Assembly (NCBI RefSeq): GCF_018066915.1 | Contig: NZ_JAGPVV010000347.1 | Coordinates: 1 to 55,787 of the forward strand | Reading direction: 5' to 3' | DNA: 55,787 bases | From: Roseovarius sp. | GTDB lineage: Bacteria; Pseudomonadota; Alphaproteobacteria; Rhodobacterales; Rhodobacteraceae | Shown: positions 47,113-55,520 of the stretch, in pieces | How positions within the stretch are numbered: the stretch's first letter is position 1 | Layout: each line of letters starts with the position of its first letter | The notes under the pieces: model-generated | What the model was told of the DNA's origin: nothing | Seen by the model: only the letters and a program-made list of their open reading frames with translations | The model's database searches: none | Position numbers and translations under genes: made by a program

Positions 47113-48330
47113 ATGACCGACTGGAGTGCGACCCGTGCTGCGGGCGAGGCGAGGCTCGCCGCCTTTGCGCCTCGCATGGGGCGGCGCTATGCCAATGGTC
47201 GCAACACCGACAATGGGCCGGGGGCGCACAGCGCGGTGTCAGGGCTTTCGCCCTATATCCGGCGACGGTTGGTGCTCGAACCCGAGGTTGTGGCAATGGC
47301 GGTCGCGGCGCATGGTCCGGAGCAGTCTGAAAAATTCGTGCAGGAGGTCATCTGGCGCGGCTATTTCAAAGGCTGGTTGGAGCGCCGTCCGCAGGTCTGG
47401 GCCAGCTATGTGCAGGGTCTTGAGAGCGATCTTGCCGCCCTTGATCACGACCGCCGCCTGCGCCGCGAGGTGGCGCGGGCGATGGACGGGCAGACCGGCC
47501 TTGCCTGTTTCGATGCCTGGGCTGCGGAGCTGGTCGAGACCGGGTATCTGCACAATCACGCGCGAATGTGGTTCGCCTCGATTTGGATTTTCACCCTTGG
47601 TTTGCCGTGGCGTCTTGGGGCGGATTTTTTCTACCGGTATCTGCTCGACGGGGATGCGGCGTCGAACACATTGGGCTGGCGTTGGGTGGCTGGCCTGCAC
47701 ACCAGAGGCAAGCCCTATCCGGCGCGCGCTGACAACATCGCCACCTTTACCAACGGGCGCTTTACGCCGCGCGCTTCGGACTTTACCGAAGTGACAGAAG
47801 GGCTTGAGGCGACCGAGCCGGAGGGGTTGCCGCCTGTGCAGCCCTTGCGCTCGGTGCAGGGTCCGCAACCCGGTCGCCCAACCTTGCTCTTGATCACCGA
47901 TGAGGATTGCCGGGTCGAGGATTTCGACCGTGCCGCGCTTGATATTCGCGCCGTGGTGACACTGGCCAGCAGTCATCTTCGCTCACCCTTGCCGGTCTCC
48001 GAGGCGGTCCATCGGTTCGAGGCGGGCGCGCTCGACGATGCCGCCGCGCGACTGGGTGTGGCGGTGGACATGGCGCGCGCTGATCATCCCGCAGCACTCG
48101 CGGATTGGGCGGTGAAATCCGGGGCGACACAGATCGTGACCCCTTATGTGACACAAGGTCCTCTTTTTGACTGGTTGGACGAGGCTCGGTCCTCTCTTGC
48201 GGCGCGGGGCATCGCCTTGACCGAGTGGCAGCGCGCCTGGGACCTTGCGATCTGGCCGCAAGCTACGGCCGGGTTTTTCAAGGTGAAGCAGAACATCCCT
48301 CGTATCCTGAGGGAAAACGGACTTGGCTGA
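47113..48330 (+). CDS. Photolyase with N-terminal FAD-binding domain (NewPHL-type architecture)
   Basis: VSGLSPYIRRR, KFVQEVIWRGY, GYLHNHARMWFAS, LLDGDAASN..GWRWVAG all in the N-terminal half; ends ATAGFFKVK. Confidence 0.85.
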   Translation: MTDWSATRAAGEARLAAFAPRMGRRYANGRNTDNGPGAHSAVSGLSPYIRRRLVLEPEVVAMAVAAHGPEQSEKFVQEVIWRGYFKGWLERRPQVWASYVQGLESDLAALDHDRRLRREVARAMDGQTGLACFDAWAAELVETGYLHNHARMWFASIWIFTLGLPWRLGADFFYRYLLDGDAASNTLGWRWVAGLHTRGKPYPARADNIATFTNGRFTPRASDFTEVTEGLEATEPEGLPPVQPLRSVQGPQPGRPTLLLITDEDCRVEDFDRAALDIRAVVTLASSHLRSPLPVSEAVHRFEAGALDDAAARLGVAVDMARADHPAALADWAVKSGATQIVTPYVTQGPLFDWLDEARSSLAARGIALTEWQRAWDLAIWPQATAGFFKVKQNIPRILRENGLG

Positions 48331-48387
48331 GGGCGTGCGCGGGATCAGCGCATCTGTCGTGCGGATTGAGGTTAAGAGCCGAAGAAG

Positions 48388-48401
48388 CCGACTTTAGTCG
48401 G
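48388..48401. promoter_or_regulatory. Palindrome, candidate NarL/LuxR-type operator
   Basis: CCGACT-TT-AGTCGG perfect 6-2-6 inverted repeat upstream of the kinase; related copies near 50660, 50683, 50927. Confidence 0.5.
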
Positions 48402-48550
48402 AAGACCGGGGCCTCCGGATCGCGTAGAACCTCTGTCAGGCTTGACACATCCGGCAAGAACGGACGGAACTCGGTTTAGATGATCCGGCGTTGCAGATGA
48501 CCGCTTGATACCCAAGTCGCGAAACCGCATGCAGTGTGGCAGGAGAGCCC

Positions 48551-50002
48551 GTGACAGTTGTGGAAAAAGAATACGCTGTCGATGAGTCGGGTCTGGACCA
48601 TGGACCGGTCAAACCCTCGGCGCGCATCTTCGGGGCGTTTCATGGCCTGCCGTTGCACCGCCGCTTTGCCATTGTCGGGGGCATTGTCAGCCTGATCGGA
48701 ATGGTTCTGATCGGAGCCTTTGTCAATTCACGCATCGAGAGCGCTGTGGTGCGCAACTCGGCTATTTCCGCAGCCGTCTACATGGAGAGCCTGATCGCAC
48801 CGCTTTCGCAGGACCTTGCGGACGGCGATACGCTGTCCAAGGAGCGGCGCGCCAAGCTTGAGGAAATTCTTGCGCGGCCTGCGGTGCGGGAAAGGATTCT
48901 GTCCGTCAAGATATGGAAGCAAGGCGGACTTGTGGCCTATGCCAGTGATGCAGCAATCATCGGACAGACATTCGAGCCGCATGGCGACCTTTTGGAGGCT
49001 TGGGAAGGGGATATCATCGCCGGATTTGACGATCTGGACCACGACGAATCCCGCGGCGAGCGCGCGTTTGGTCTGCCGCTGCTCGAAGTTTACAATCCGA
49101 TCCATTCGATCCGGACAGGAGAGATCATAGCCGTTGCCGAATTCTATCAGGATGCCAGCGAACTCAATGATGACCTGCGTGTCGCGCGCCGGACGGCTTG
49201 GGCGGTTGTCGCGGCGGTTGCTGGTCTGACTTTTGTGACTCTGTTCGGCATTGTGCGCGCAGGCAGTCGGATGATTGAATTTCAAAAGTCGGAATTGCAG
49301 CAACGCCTGCGACAGATCACCAAGGTGGGGCTTCAAAACGATTTGTTGCGCCTGCGCATCCAGAATGCGTCGGAACAATTCTCGGCGCTCAACGAGCAAC
49401 TGCTCAGGCGGATTGGGGCGGAATTGCATGACGGTCCGGCGCAGGCCCTGGCCTTTGCCAATATGCGCATCAGCGCGTGGCGCAAGGCCGGCGGACCCGA
49501 GGAGGCAGAGCTGATCTTGCGCGCGCTGGATGAGGCGTTGGCCGATATTCGCGGATTGGCGCGCGGTTTGGTGCTGCCCAAACTGGAAGGAGCCAGCATC
49601 GCGGAAACGATCCGGAGGGCCGCCGAAGCGCATGCCGAACGCACGCAGACCGATGTTATTCTCGATAGCAGCGATGACGAGGCTGAAAACCTGCGGCCCG
49701 GTCTGCCGCAACTCATTTGCATCTTTCGTTTCGTGCAAGAAGGCCTGATGAATGCCTGGCGTCACGCGGACGGCATTGGGCAAAAGGTAGAGTTTGCGAT
49801 GCAGGCCGAGAGCCTTGTCGTCTCGGTAAGCGACAGGGGGTGTGGTTTTGATCCAGAGGCCAAGATCGACAACGGGCGTATCGGTCTCGCCGGGTTGCGG
49901 GAGCGGGTTCAGAGTGTTGGGGGGATGTTCAATGTCGATACGGCACCGGGGCGGGGCACGCGGTTGATCATGCGTCTACAGATTGAACAGAGTGTATCAT
50001 GA
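48551..50002 (+). CDS. Sensor histidine kinase (HisKA_3/NarX-type)
   Basis: Two TM segments, IGAELHDGPAQ H-box, QEGLMNAWRHA, D.G.GFD, GLAGLRERV; RBS AGGAG before GTG 48551. Confidence 0.92.
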   Translation: MTVVEKEYAVDESGLDHGPVKPSARIFGAFHGLPLHRRFAIVGGIVSLIGMVLIGAFVNSRIESAVVRNSAISAAVYMESLIAPLSQDLADGDTLSKERRAKLEEILARPAVRERILSVKIWKQGGLVAYASDAAIIGQTFEPHGDLLEAWEGDIIAGFDDLDHDESRGERAFGLPLLEVYNPIHSIRTGEIIAVAEFYQDASELNDDLRVARRTAWAVVAAVAGLTFVTLFGIVRAGSRMIEFQKSELQQRLRQITKVGLQNDLLRLRIQNASEQFSALNEQLLRRIGAELHDGPAQALAFANMRISAWRKAGGPEEAELILRALDEALADIRGLARGLVLPKLEGASIAETIRRAAEAHAERTQTDVILDSSDDEAENLRPGLPQLICIFRFVQEGLMNAWRHADGIGQKVEFAMQAESLVVSVSDRGCGFDPEAKIDNGRIGLAGLRERVQSVGGMFNVDTAPGRGTRLIMRLQIEQSVS

Positions 50003-50646
50003 CAGAGCGTATCGGTATCGTCATTGCGGATGATCACCCCTTGTTTCGCGGTGGCGTCATCCGATCCTTGCACGAAGACGGCGGTTTCGAGGTGCTGGCA
50101 GAGTGCACAAGCGCCGATGACGCGGTGGCGGCAACCGCAAGGGTCCTGCCGGACATCGCCTTGCTCGACATCTCGATGCCGGGAAACGGGTTGACGGCTG
50201 CCGAACGGATATCCGAGCAGTTTCCAACCGTTCGCATCATCATGCTGACTGTTTCGGAACAGGATGATGATCTCTTGCGGGCGCTCAAGGCGGGGGCCTC
50301 TGGCTATGTTCTCAAGGGCGTCGCGGTCGAGACCCTGATCGAAGCGCTGCATAGCGTGCACGCGGGCGGCAGTTTCATCTCGCCAGGACTGGCGGGCAAG
50401 GTGCTCTCGGCGATGGGGGCGGGCAAGACCCGGAATGCGCGCGTCTCCGATCCAATCTCGGATCTGACGCATCGTGAAGAGCAGATTCTCCGTCTTGTGG
50501 CGCGCGGGGCCTCCAATCGGGAAATCGGCGAAGAGCTTGGTTTGCGCGAAGCCACGGTCAAGCACTACATGAGCTACATCTTGCAGAAGCTGCACGTTCG
50601 CAACCGGGTCGAAGCCGCCTTGATGGCGCGAGAAAAGGGACTCTGA
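49999..50646 (+). CDS. NarL/LuxR family response regulator
   Basis: IADDHPLFR, LLDISMPG, GASGYVLK, LTHREEQIL...SNREIG...TVKHY. Confidence 0.95.
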   Translation: MTERIGIVIADDHPLFRGGVIRSLHEDGGFEVLAECTSADDAVAATARVLPDIALLDISMPGNGLTAAERISEQFPTVRIIMLTVSEQDDDLLRALKAGASGYVLKGVAVETLIEALHSVHAGGSFISPGLAGKVLSAMGAGKTRNARVSDPISDLTHREEQILRLVARGASNREIGEELGLREATVKHYMSYILQKLHVRNRVEAALMAREKGL

Positions 50647-50729
50647 GGCCGGAGGAGATCAGACTTTCGTGCCGATATGCCCCCGACTTTCGGCCCTGTC
50701 TTGGGACCTGCCGTTGCGCGAGTGTTCCC

Positions 50730-50912
50730 CAACTCTTGGTCAACACGAGAGAGAGACGACCCCTATTTCTTACCACCCTGTCCGGATTGCCGGTCCGCAT
50801 GACCCGGATTTGCTGATCCCGGAGCATCCCACGGGTGGGCGTTAACGGCGTGCTTGGCTCCCCAGACCTAGCCGTCGTCGCCCCCGGTCTTTGAGGCCGG
50901 GGGCATTTTTTT
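50730..50912 (+). ncRNA. Candidate small RNA (5' end uncertain)
   Basis: No credible ORF; successive hairpins, one with a CTCCC loop; strong terminator; candidate operators upstream. Confidence 0.4.
50880..50912 (+). terminator. Rho-independent terminator
   Basis: GCCCCCGGTCT-TTG-AGGCCGGGGGC followed by ATTTTTTT. Confidence 0.85.
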
Positions 50913-51023
50913 AATCCCCCTCCTTTCAGACCATGGTCGGAAATTTCGCCCGACCCTTGGGCGGTTCGGGCGGCTGCAAGCGGCAGTAGGTTGGGCCCAT
51001 GTCGGAGGATAGGAGTATTCCAA

Positions 51024-52190
51024 ATGGACATCTTTGCGATCGAACGGAGATCGAACACGATCAAGATCGAATACGCGGACGGCTCACGCGAGGAAGTTGA
51101 GGCAGGCATTTACGAGCGCAAGAATTCGGACGGCGACACGGTGCAGCAACGCCGCGCAACGGCTGCCGATACCGCCAGATTGGGCGCACTGGCCGAATCC
51201 TTCGAGGCGGGCCTCTCTGCCCGGTCTGCGGTTGTGATCAGCGTGGAGGTGGTCGGCACATCGATCGAAGTCACCTATGCGGACGGCACAAAGGAAGAAA
51301 TCTCGAACGGGATTTACGAGCGCAAGAACGCTGCAAACAAAACCATCATCGAGCGTGACGCCACAGTGTCGGATTCGCAGCGCCTGAACAGCCTTGCAAA
51401 CGGCGGCACGCCAACGCCGGGCAGCGATGACGGCACGCCGGATCAAGGCTCGGGCGATGTGGGCACGCCCCCAAGCGTCACAATCGACGGCACGACATCA
51501 GGAGAACGTATTCACGGACGCTCAAAGGCGGAGCATATCCGCGGGCATGGCGGTGATGACGACATGCGGGGACGGGCGGGCGACGACCTGGTTGACGGTG
51601 GTTCGGGGGATGACCGTATTCGCGGGGATCGTGGTGACGACAGCGTTCTCGGCGGAGGCGGCGATGACACGCTGCGCGGGGATCTGGGAGATGATCTTGT
51701 GCAGGGCGGCGACGGCGACGACAATGCGCGCGGCGATGGCGGCAATGATACGGTCGAAGGCGGAATCGGCGATGACATTCTGCGCGGCGATGCTGGTGAT
51801 GACGTCTTGCGCGGGGGCGATGGCAAAGACCGTCTCAAGGGCGGAGGCGGTGATGACAACATCGACGGCGGCGATGGCAATGATCGGGTCCTTGGCGGTC
51901 GCGGCAATGACACGCTGCAAGGGGGCGAAGGCGTTGATACCTATGAAGGTGGCCTTGGCAATGATGTCTTTGTGTTCGCAAGGGATGGCAGTCTCGACAA
52001 GATCGCCGATTTCGGGACTGGCACAGACGTGATAGACCTGAGCGCCTATGGGATTGCCAGTTTTGATGCGCTGCTCGATCTTGCGAGCGAACGCAGAGGC
52101 GATACTTTCCTGAATTTCGGCACAGGCGATGTGCTCCGGATCGACGACGTAAGATTGGCTGATCTCGACGCGTCCGATTTCATCCTGTAA
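51024..52190 (+). CDS. RTX-type calcium-binding protein with two N-terminal repeats
   Basis: Many GGxGxDxL-type nonapeptides, C-terminal D.I.DF..G.D.IDLS and DFIL end typical of type I secretion substrates; RBS AGGAG. Confidence 0.88.
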   Translation: MDIFAIERRSNTIKIEYADGSREEVEAGIYERKNSDGDTVQQRRATAADTARLGALAESFEAGLSARSAVVISVEVVGTSIEVTYADGTKEEISNGIYERKNAANKTIIERDATVSDSQRLNSLANGGTPTPGSDDGTPDQGSGDVGTPPSVTIDGTTSGERIHGRSKAEHIRGHGGDDDMRGRAGDDLVDGGSGDDRIRGDRGDDSVLGGGGDDTLRGDLGDDLVQGGDGDDNARGDGGNDTVEGGIGDDILRGDAGDDVLRGGDGKDRLKGGGGDDNIDGGDGNDRVLGGRGNDTLQGGEGVDTYEGGLGNDVFVFARDGSLDKIADFGTGTDVIDLSAYGIASFDALLDLASERRGDTFLNFGTGDVLRIDDVRLADLDASDFIL

Positions 52191-52202
52191 CCACTGCATG
52201 AT

Positions 52203-52242
52203 CTGCGCGGCGATGGATTGACCGTCGCCGCGCAGCCATTTT
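52203..52242 (+). terminator. Hairpin, probable terminator after the RTX gene
   Basis: CTGCGCGGCGATGG-loop-CCGTCGCCGCGCAG then CCATTTT. Confidence 0.6.
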
Positions 52243-52263
52243 GCGGCAACTGACCCGGCCGGA

Positions 52264-52641
52264 TCAGAGAGCCTTGTGGGCCTTGTTCTTTACGGCCACG
52301 CGATGGTGCGCCCAATCACTGGAAATCCCGCGCCAGATCAGGCGCGCTGCCAGATGGGCTTCGCGCATTGCGGCATGAATATCGCGTAAGGCCACGGCAC
52401 CGCCGATGCGCGTGATGCCGCCGGGTATCGGCGTTGCGCCCGGCTCTTGCAGACAGGCGCTGAGATCGTTGTGGAGGTCTTGGACAGGGGGGCTGCCAGC
52501 CTCGATCGCAACCTGATCTGCGTCCAGGGTGTGAACCGCGCCGGTGAATGTGTGAACGAACCGTGCCTGAAGCCTGTTTCCCGTGTGGGTCACGCCAATC
52601 AGTTCCAAGTCTGTCATGCACAGCACGTCTTGAAAACCCAC
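52264..52641 (-). pseudogene. C-terminal remnant of an NADH:flavin oxidoreductase (N-methylproline demethylase/TMADH-like)
   Basis: DQVAIEAGSPPVQDLHNDL...RIGGAVALRDIHAAMREA resembles the family C-terminus (RIGDAVA.R.IHAA); the rest of the gene is missing. Confidence 0.65.
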
Positions 52642-52746
52642 GTTCGTGCGAAATCCCGGGCTGTCGCGAGGAGCACTTCCTGCGCGACAGAACTAAGGTG
52701 CGCCGCACAATGCGGTCACAAGTCATTGAAGTAAAGGTGGAGTTAG

Positions 52747-52762
52747 TGGTGCCCGGGGGCGG
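52747..52762 (-). other. tRNA (Leu-like) 3'-end duplication, att site
   Basis: Minus strand CCGCC-CCCGGGC-A-CCA = T-stem strand, acceptor strand, discriminator A, CCA; rest of the tRNA absent; about 140 bp from the integrase; GC drops right after. Confidence 0.75.
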
Positions 52763-52867
52763 GACATCTCAAACTAAGCCGCGCGCGCCAATTTGGTTTT
52801 AAATTATTGTTTTTGAGCAATTTTATTGAAATATGGACAAGCGGTGTGGGGTGAGGTATGCGAGAAA

Positions 52868-52891
52868 TGTGATACAATTTGTGATACAATT
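52868..52891. repeat. 12-bp tandem repeat TGTGATACAATT x2 (candidate integrase arm sites)
   Basis: Directly visible between att and the integrase start. Confidence 0.7.
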
Positions 52892-52903
52892 TCGGAACTA
52901 GCC

Positions 52904-54328
52904 ATGAAAAATCTCATCAAGCGCGGAAACGTGTTTTGGTTCCGTATGAGGTGCCCCAAGAAGTACCGGAATGTCTTTGCTCAAAGCCATATAAGCGAGT
53001 CACTTGGCACCGATAGCAAGCTTGCTGCAGAGGCGTTAGTGCCGCAGGTGAAGCAGAAATGGCTTCTGGAGCTTGAGGCTCGTGAAGCCGGAACACAATC
53101 CCCCGGTTCAACGGAGACATTTCGTGCAATGCTTCAGCTCGCAAACCGGGAGGGCTTACGCCCGGCAACGGCGACCGAGCTGGCCGAAGGCAGTCTTGAT
53201 GTGCTCCTTTCCAGATTATCAAAACTGCAGACAGTAGATCCAAGCGGGCAAAGTGCTCTTTTCGCGGCTTCGCTTGGAGGATTTGAATTGCCTGAAACAA
53301 TGGTCTCAGAAGTGGCCACAAAGATGTCAGAATATCTACCTTCGCACGTGCAAAATAAGAACGCGCGCCAAAAACGGACGTGGGGCAACAAGTACAAGCG
53401 TGCAAGCAAGACATTTGAAGAGGCTATTGAAGATAAACCGGTCATCAAGGTTACAAAGGACGATGCATACGCCTTTCGCCGCTATTGGGCAAATAGAGTC
53501 GATACTGAGGAAATTACTACAGCATACGCCCATAAGCACATTGGCTATCTTCGGATGATAGTTGATGCATTTTACTCTCATCTGCACGTTGACGAGTATT
53601 TCAACCCGTTTAATGATTTAAATCCTATCGAAAAACCTCGATGGGAGCGACTTTCTGCCGAGAGCCGGAAACCAGAATTTACCCCAAAGTGGATTCAGGA
53701 AACAATTTTGACTGGCGAAAAGCTGAAAGATTTAAACGAACAAGCTCGCGATATTTTGATTGTTTGTGCCGAAACCGGATGTCGTCAGACTGAGATTTAT
53801 GATCTTCCAGCGACATCAATTAAGCTAGCTGAAAAGGTTCCGCACATCGAAATAAAGCTTGAAACTGAGGGCGACAACAAAAGGGAAATTAAAACAAAGT
53901 CATCGAATAGAAAGGTTCCCCTGCTGGGTGCTGCCTTGGAAGCTATGAGGAGAAATCCTTGTGGTTTCCCAGCTTATCGAGGTAAAGGGAACTTTAGTAA
54001 TACTGTCTCAAAACACTTCAAGGAAAAAGGCTTATTTCCTTCTGCAAATCACCAAATTTCTGGCCTCAGACACAGTTATGAAACAAGAATGCGTGTAGCA
54101 AAAATTGATAACGAAGAGCGCGCCTTCATGATGGGGCACTCGATAAGAAAGCTTCGGGGGCGAGAGGTTTATGGCACGAAAACTAAACTAGAGATTCAAG
54201 CTCTACTTGCTGAGTTGGTTGTTTTTCCAACTAAAACTTGGAAGCCCCGAACGCCCAATGAAATTCATGCCTTGATTGATGAAATTCTTGAGAAAGAAGG
54301 GCATAGATCTCGAGCTTCTATTCTTTAA
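52904..54328 (+). CDS. Tyrosine recombinase/integrase with DUF6538-like N-terminus
   Basis: RGNVFWFR.R.P...ESLGT N-terminus; TGCRQTEI, IKT..S.R.VP, GLRHSY, MGH, YG catalytic motifs. Confidence 0.9.
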   Translation: MKNLIKRGNVFWFRMRCPKKYRNVFAQSHISESLGTDSKLAAEALVPQVKQKWLLELEAREAGTQSPGSTETFRAMLQLANREGLRPATATELAEGSLDVLLSRLSKLQTVDPSGQSALFAASLGGFELPETMVSEVATKMSEYLPSHVQNKNARQKRTWGNKYKRASKTFEEAIEDKPVIKVTKDDAYAFRRYWANRVDTEEITTAYAHKHIGYLRMIVDAFYSHLHVDEYFNPFNDLNPIEKPRWERLSAESRKPEFTPKWIQETILTGEKLKDLNEQARDILIVCAETGCRQTEIYDLPATSIKLAEKVPHIEIKLETEGDNKREIKTKSSNRKVPLLGAALEAMRRNPCGFPAYRGKGNFSNTVSKHFKEKGLFPSANHQISGLRHSYETRMRVAKIDNEERAFMMGHSIRKLRGREVYGTKTKLEIQALLAELVVFPTKTWKPRTPNEIHALIDEILEKEGHRSRASIL

Positions 54329-54504
54329 TTTGTATTTGCCCACTTATTTACTCTGTTTATGACTTCGGTCTTAGCCTGCAAGCTTTCAAGCTCACTCTCT
54401 AGTCGCTCAAATAGTGGTAGATAAATTTCCCCATCTTTGCGATTTTTAATTGCAATGGCGAGGTATTTTAGCGCCTTCTTTATGTTTTTTTCGTTATATT
54501 CCAA
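54325..54504 (-). CDS. 59-aa hypothetical protein convergent with the integrase (absent from the ORF track)
   Basis: TTG start; MEYNEKNIKKALKYLAIAIKNRKDGEIYLPLFERLESELESLQAKTEVINRVNKWANTN; stop overlaps the integrase stop. Confidence 0.65.
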   Translation of the reverse strand: MEYNEKNIKKALKYLAIAIKNRKDGEIYLPLFERLESELESLQAKTEVINRVNKWANTN

Positions 54505-54870
54505 TTGACTGCACCCATCTCTGGGTGACGATTTACTAATAGATGGTTAAAGTGAGTTTAAAAATATGTTCATTTTGGTTCCTTTAATCATTCATATATT
54601 CGGTGTCCTGCGCAGTGTTTTTTCAGGTGACAGTTTTCGGAAGTATCGTTGTGGTGCCCCAGATAGTGCCCCACTAAAATGTGCCACAATTGGGTCGAAA
54701 TTTCCCCAATATGCGGGAGGATCAAAATTGTCGGAAAGTAATGTAAACCGGAAGCGATCGTGCTGAAATCACGTCAGGTTAAAGTAGTGAAAGGACAAGG
54801 CTATTCGTTCGCTGACGCCGCTCGACAGATCACCGTGTCTCATCAGACCAATTATTATTGATGGCTCAAA

Positions 54871-54987
54871 TTTGAATGACGTATGATGGCAAAGCCGCGA
54901 AGAGGAAGACCGAAAGTACCAGACAGGGTACTCTTTAACATCAGATTTCGGGTGGACTATTTTTGAATGACGTATGATGGCAAAGCC
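54871..54987. repeat. Two identical 26-bp direct repeats, 91-bp period
   Basis: TTTGAATGACGTATGATGGCAAAGCC at 54871-54896 and 54962-54987. Confidence 0.9.
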
Positions 54988-55220
54988 ACCAAGGAGACCA
55001 GAAAAGGTAAGAAAACCAGTATCCCTTATAGTTGTAAGCCATTAGCAGGCAGGTTGTTCCGCACGAAAAATAATAACTATCGTATCCTTGCACAGGTTCA
55101 GTGAGTTCCCTTTATATAAGTGCTTTCCCATCCCACCTCTGATGCAACGGTCTATCCATGTTTATTGTGCGCAGCACTGATTGCAAACATATCGTTAGCC
55201 CCTGCAATGTTTCAGACGGT

Positions 55221-55520
55221 CAAGGTGACTTCTTCGATGCCGTCCCCAAGGCTGATATGGCCTCGATGGAACATCTGATCTTTTCATTTTCTACCAAGCC
55301 TGATACGCGCGTCAGAGAGTATTAGAACAACGGCATCAAGATAGCGATCAAGTCATCTGTGGACGGGTTGGCAATTGTCCATGCCAGAGACATTCTGGCC
55401 TACTGCATCAGCCAGCTGATGACGGCCATCAATGAGGACAAGGAAGTTTTGCAGACTATCCGGTTTCGTACTTTCGACATGCTGGTAGCTACGAAGCGCA
55501 ACACCGCAGGATCTGGTTAA
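55221..55520 (+). pseudogene. Plasmid replication initiator protein A (RPA/DnaA-like replicase) pseudogene
   Basis: QGDFFDAVPKADMASMEHLIFSFSTKPD..REY*..SVDGLAIVHARDILAYCISQLM...RFRTFDMLVATKR; stops at 55323-55325 and 55518-55520. Confidence 0.8.

Noticed and set aside
51600-52110. Six RGD tripeptides in the RTX protein as integrin-binding motifs
   Set aside because: Five arise within Gly/Asp-rich nonapeptide repeats, so they are a likely compositional by-product
52747-52830. Intact tRNA gene
   Set aside because: Only the last 16 nt are present; no T-loop, anticodon arm or D arm follows
54871-54987. CRISPR array
   Set aside because: Only two repeats, a 65-bp spacer, no clear palindrome and no cas genes in the window
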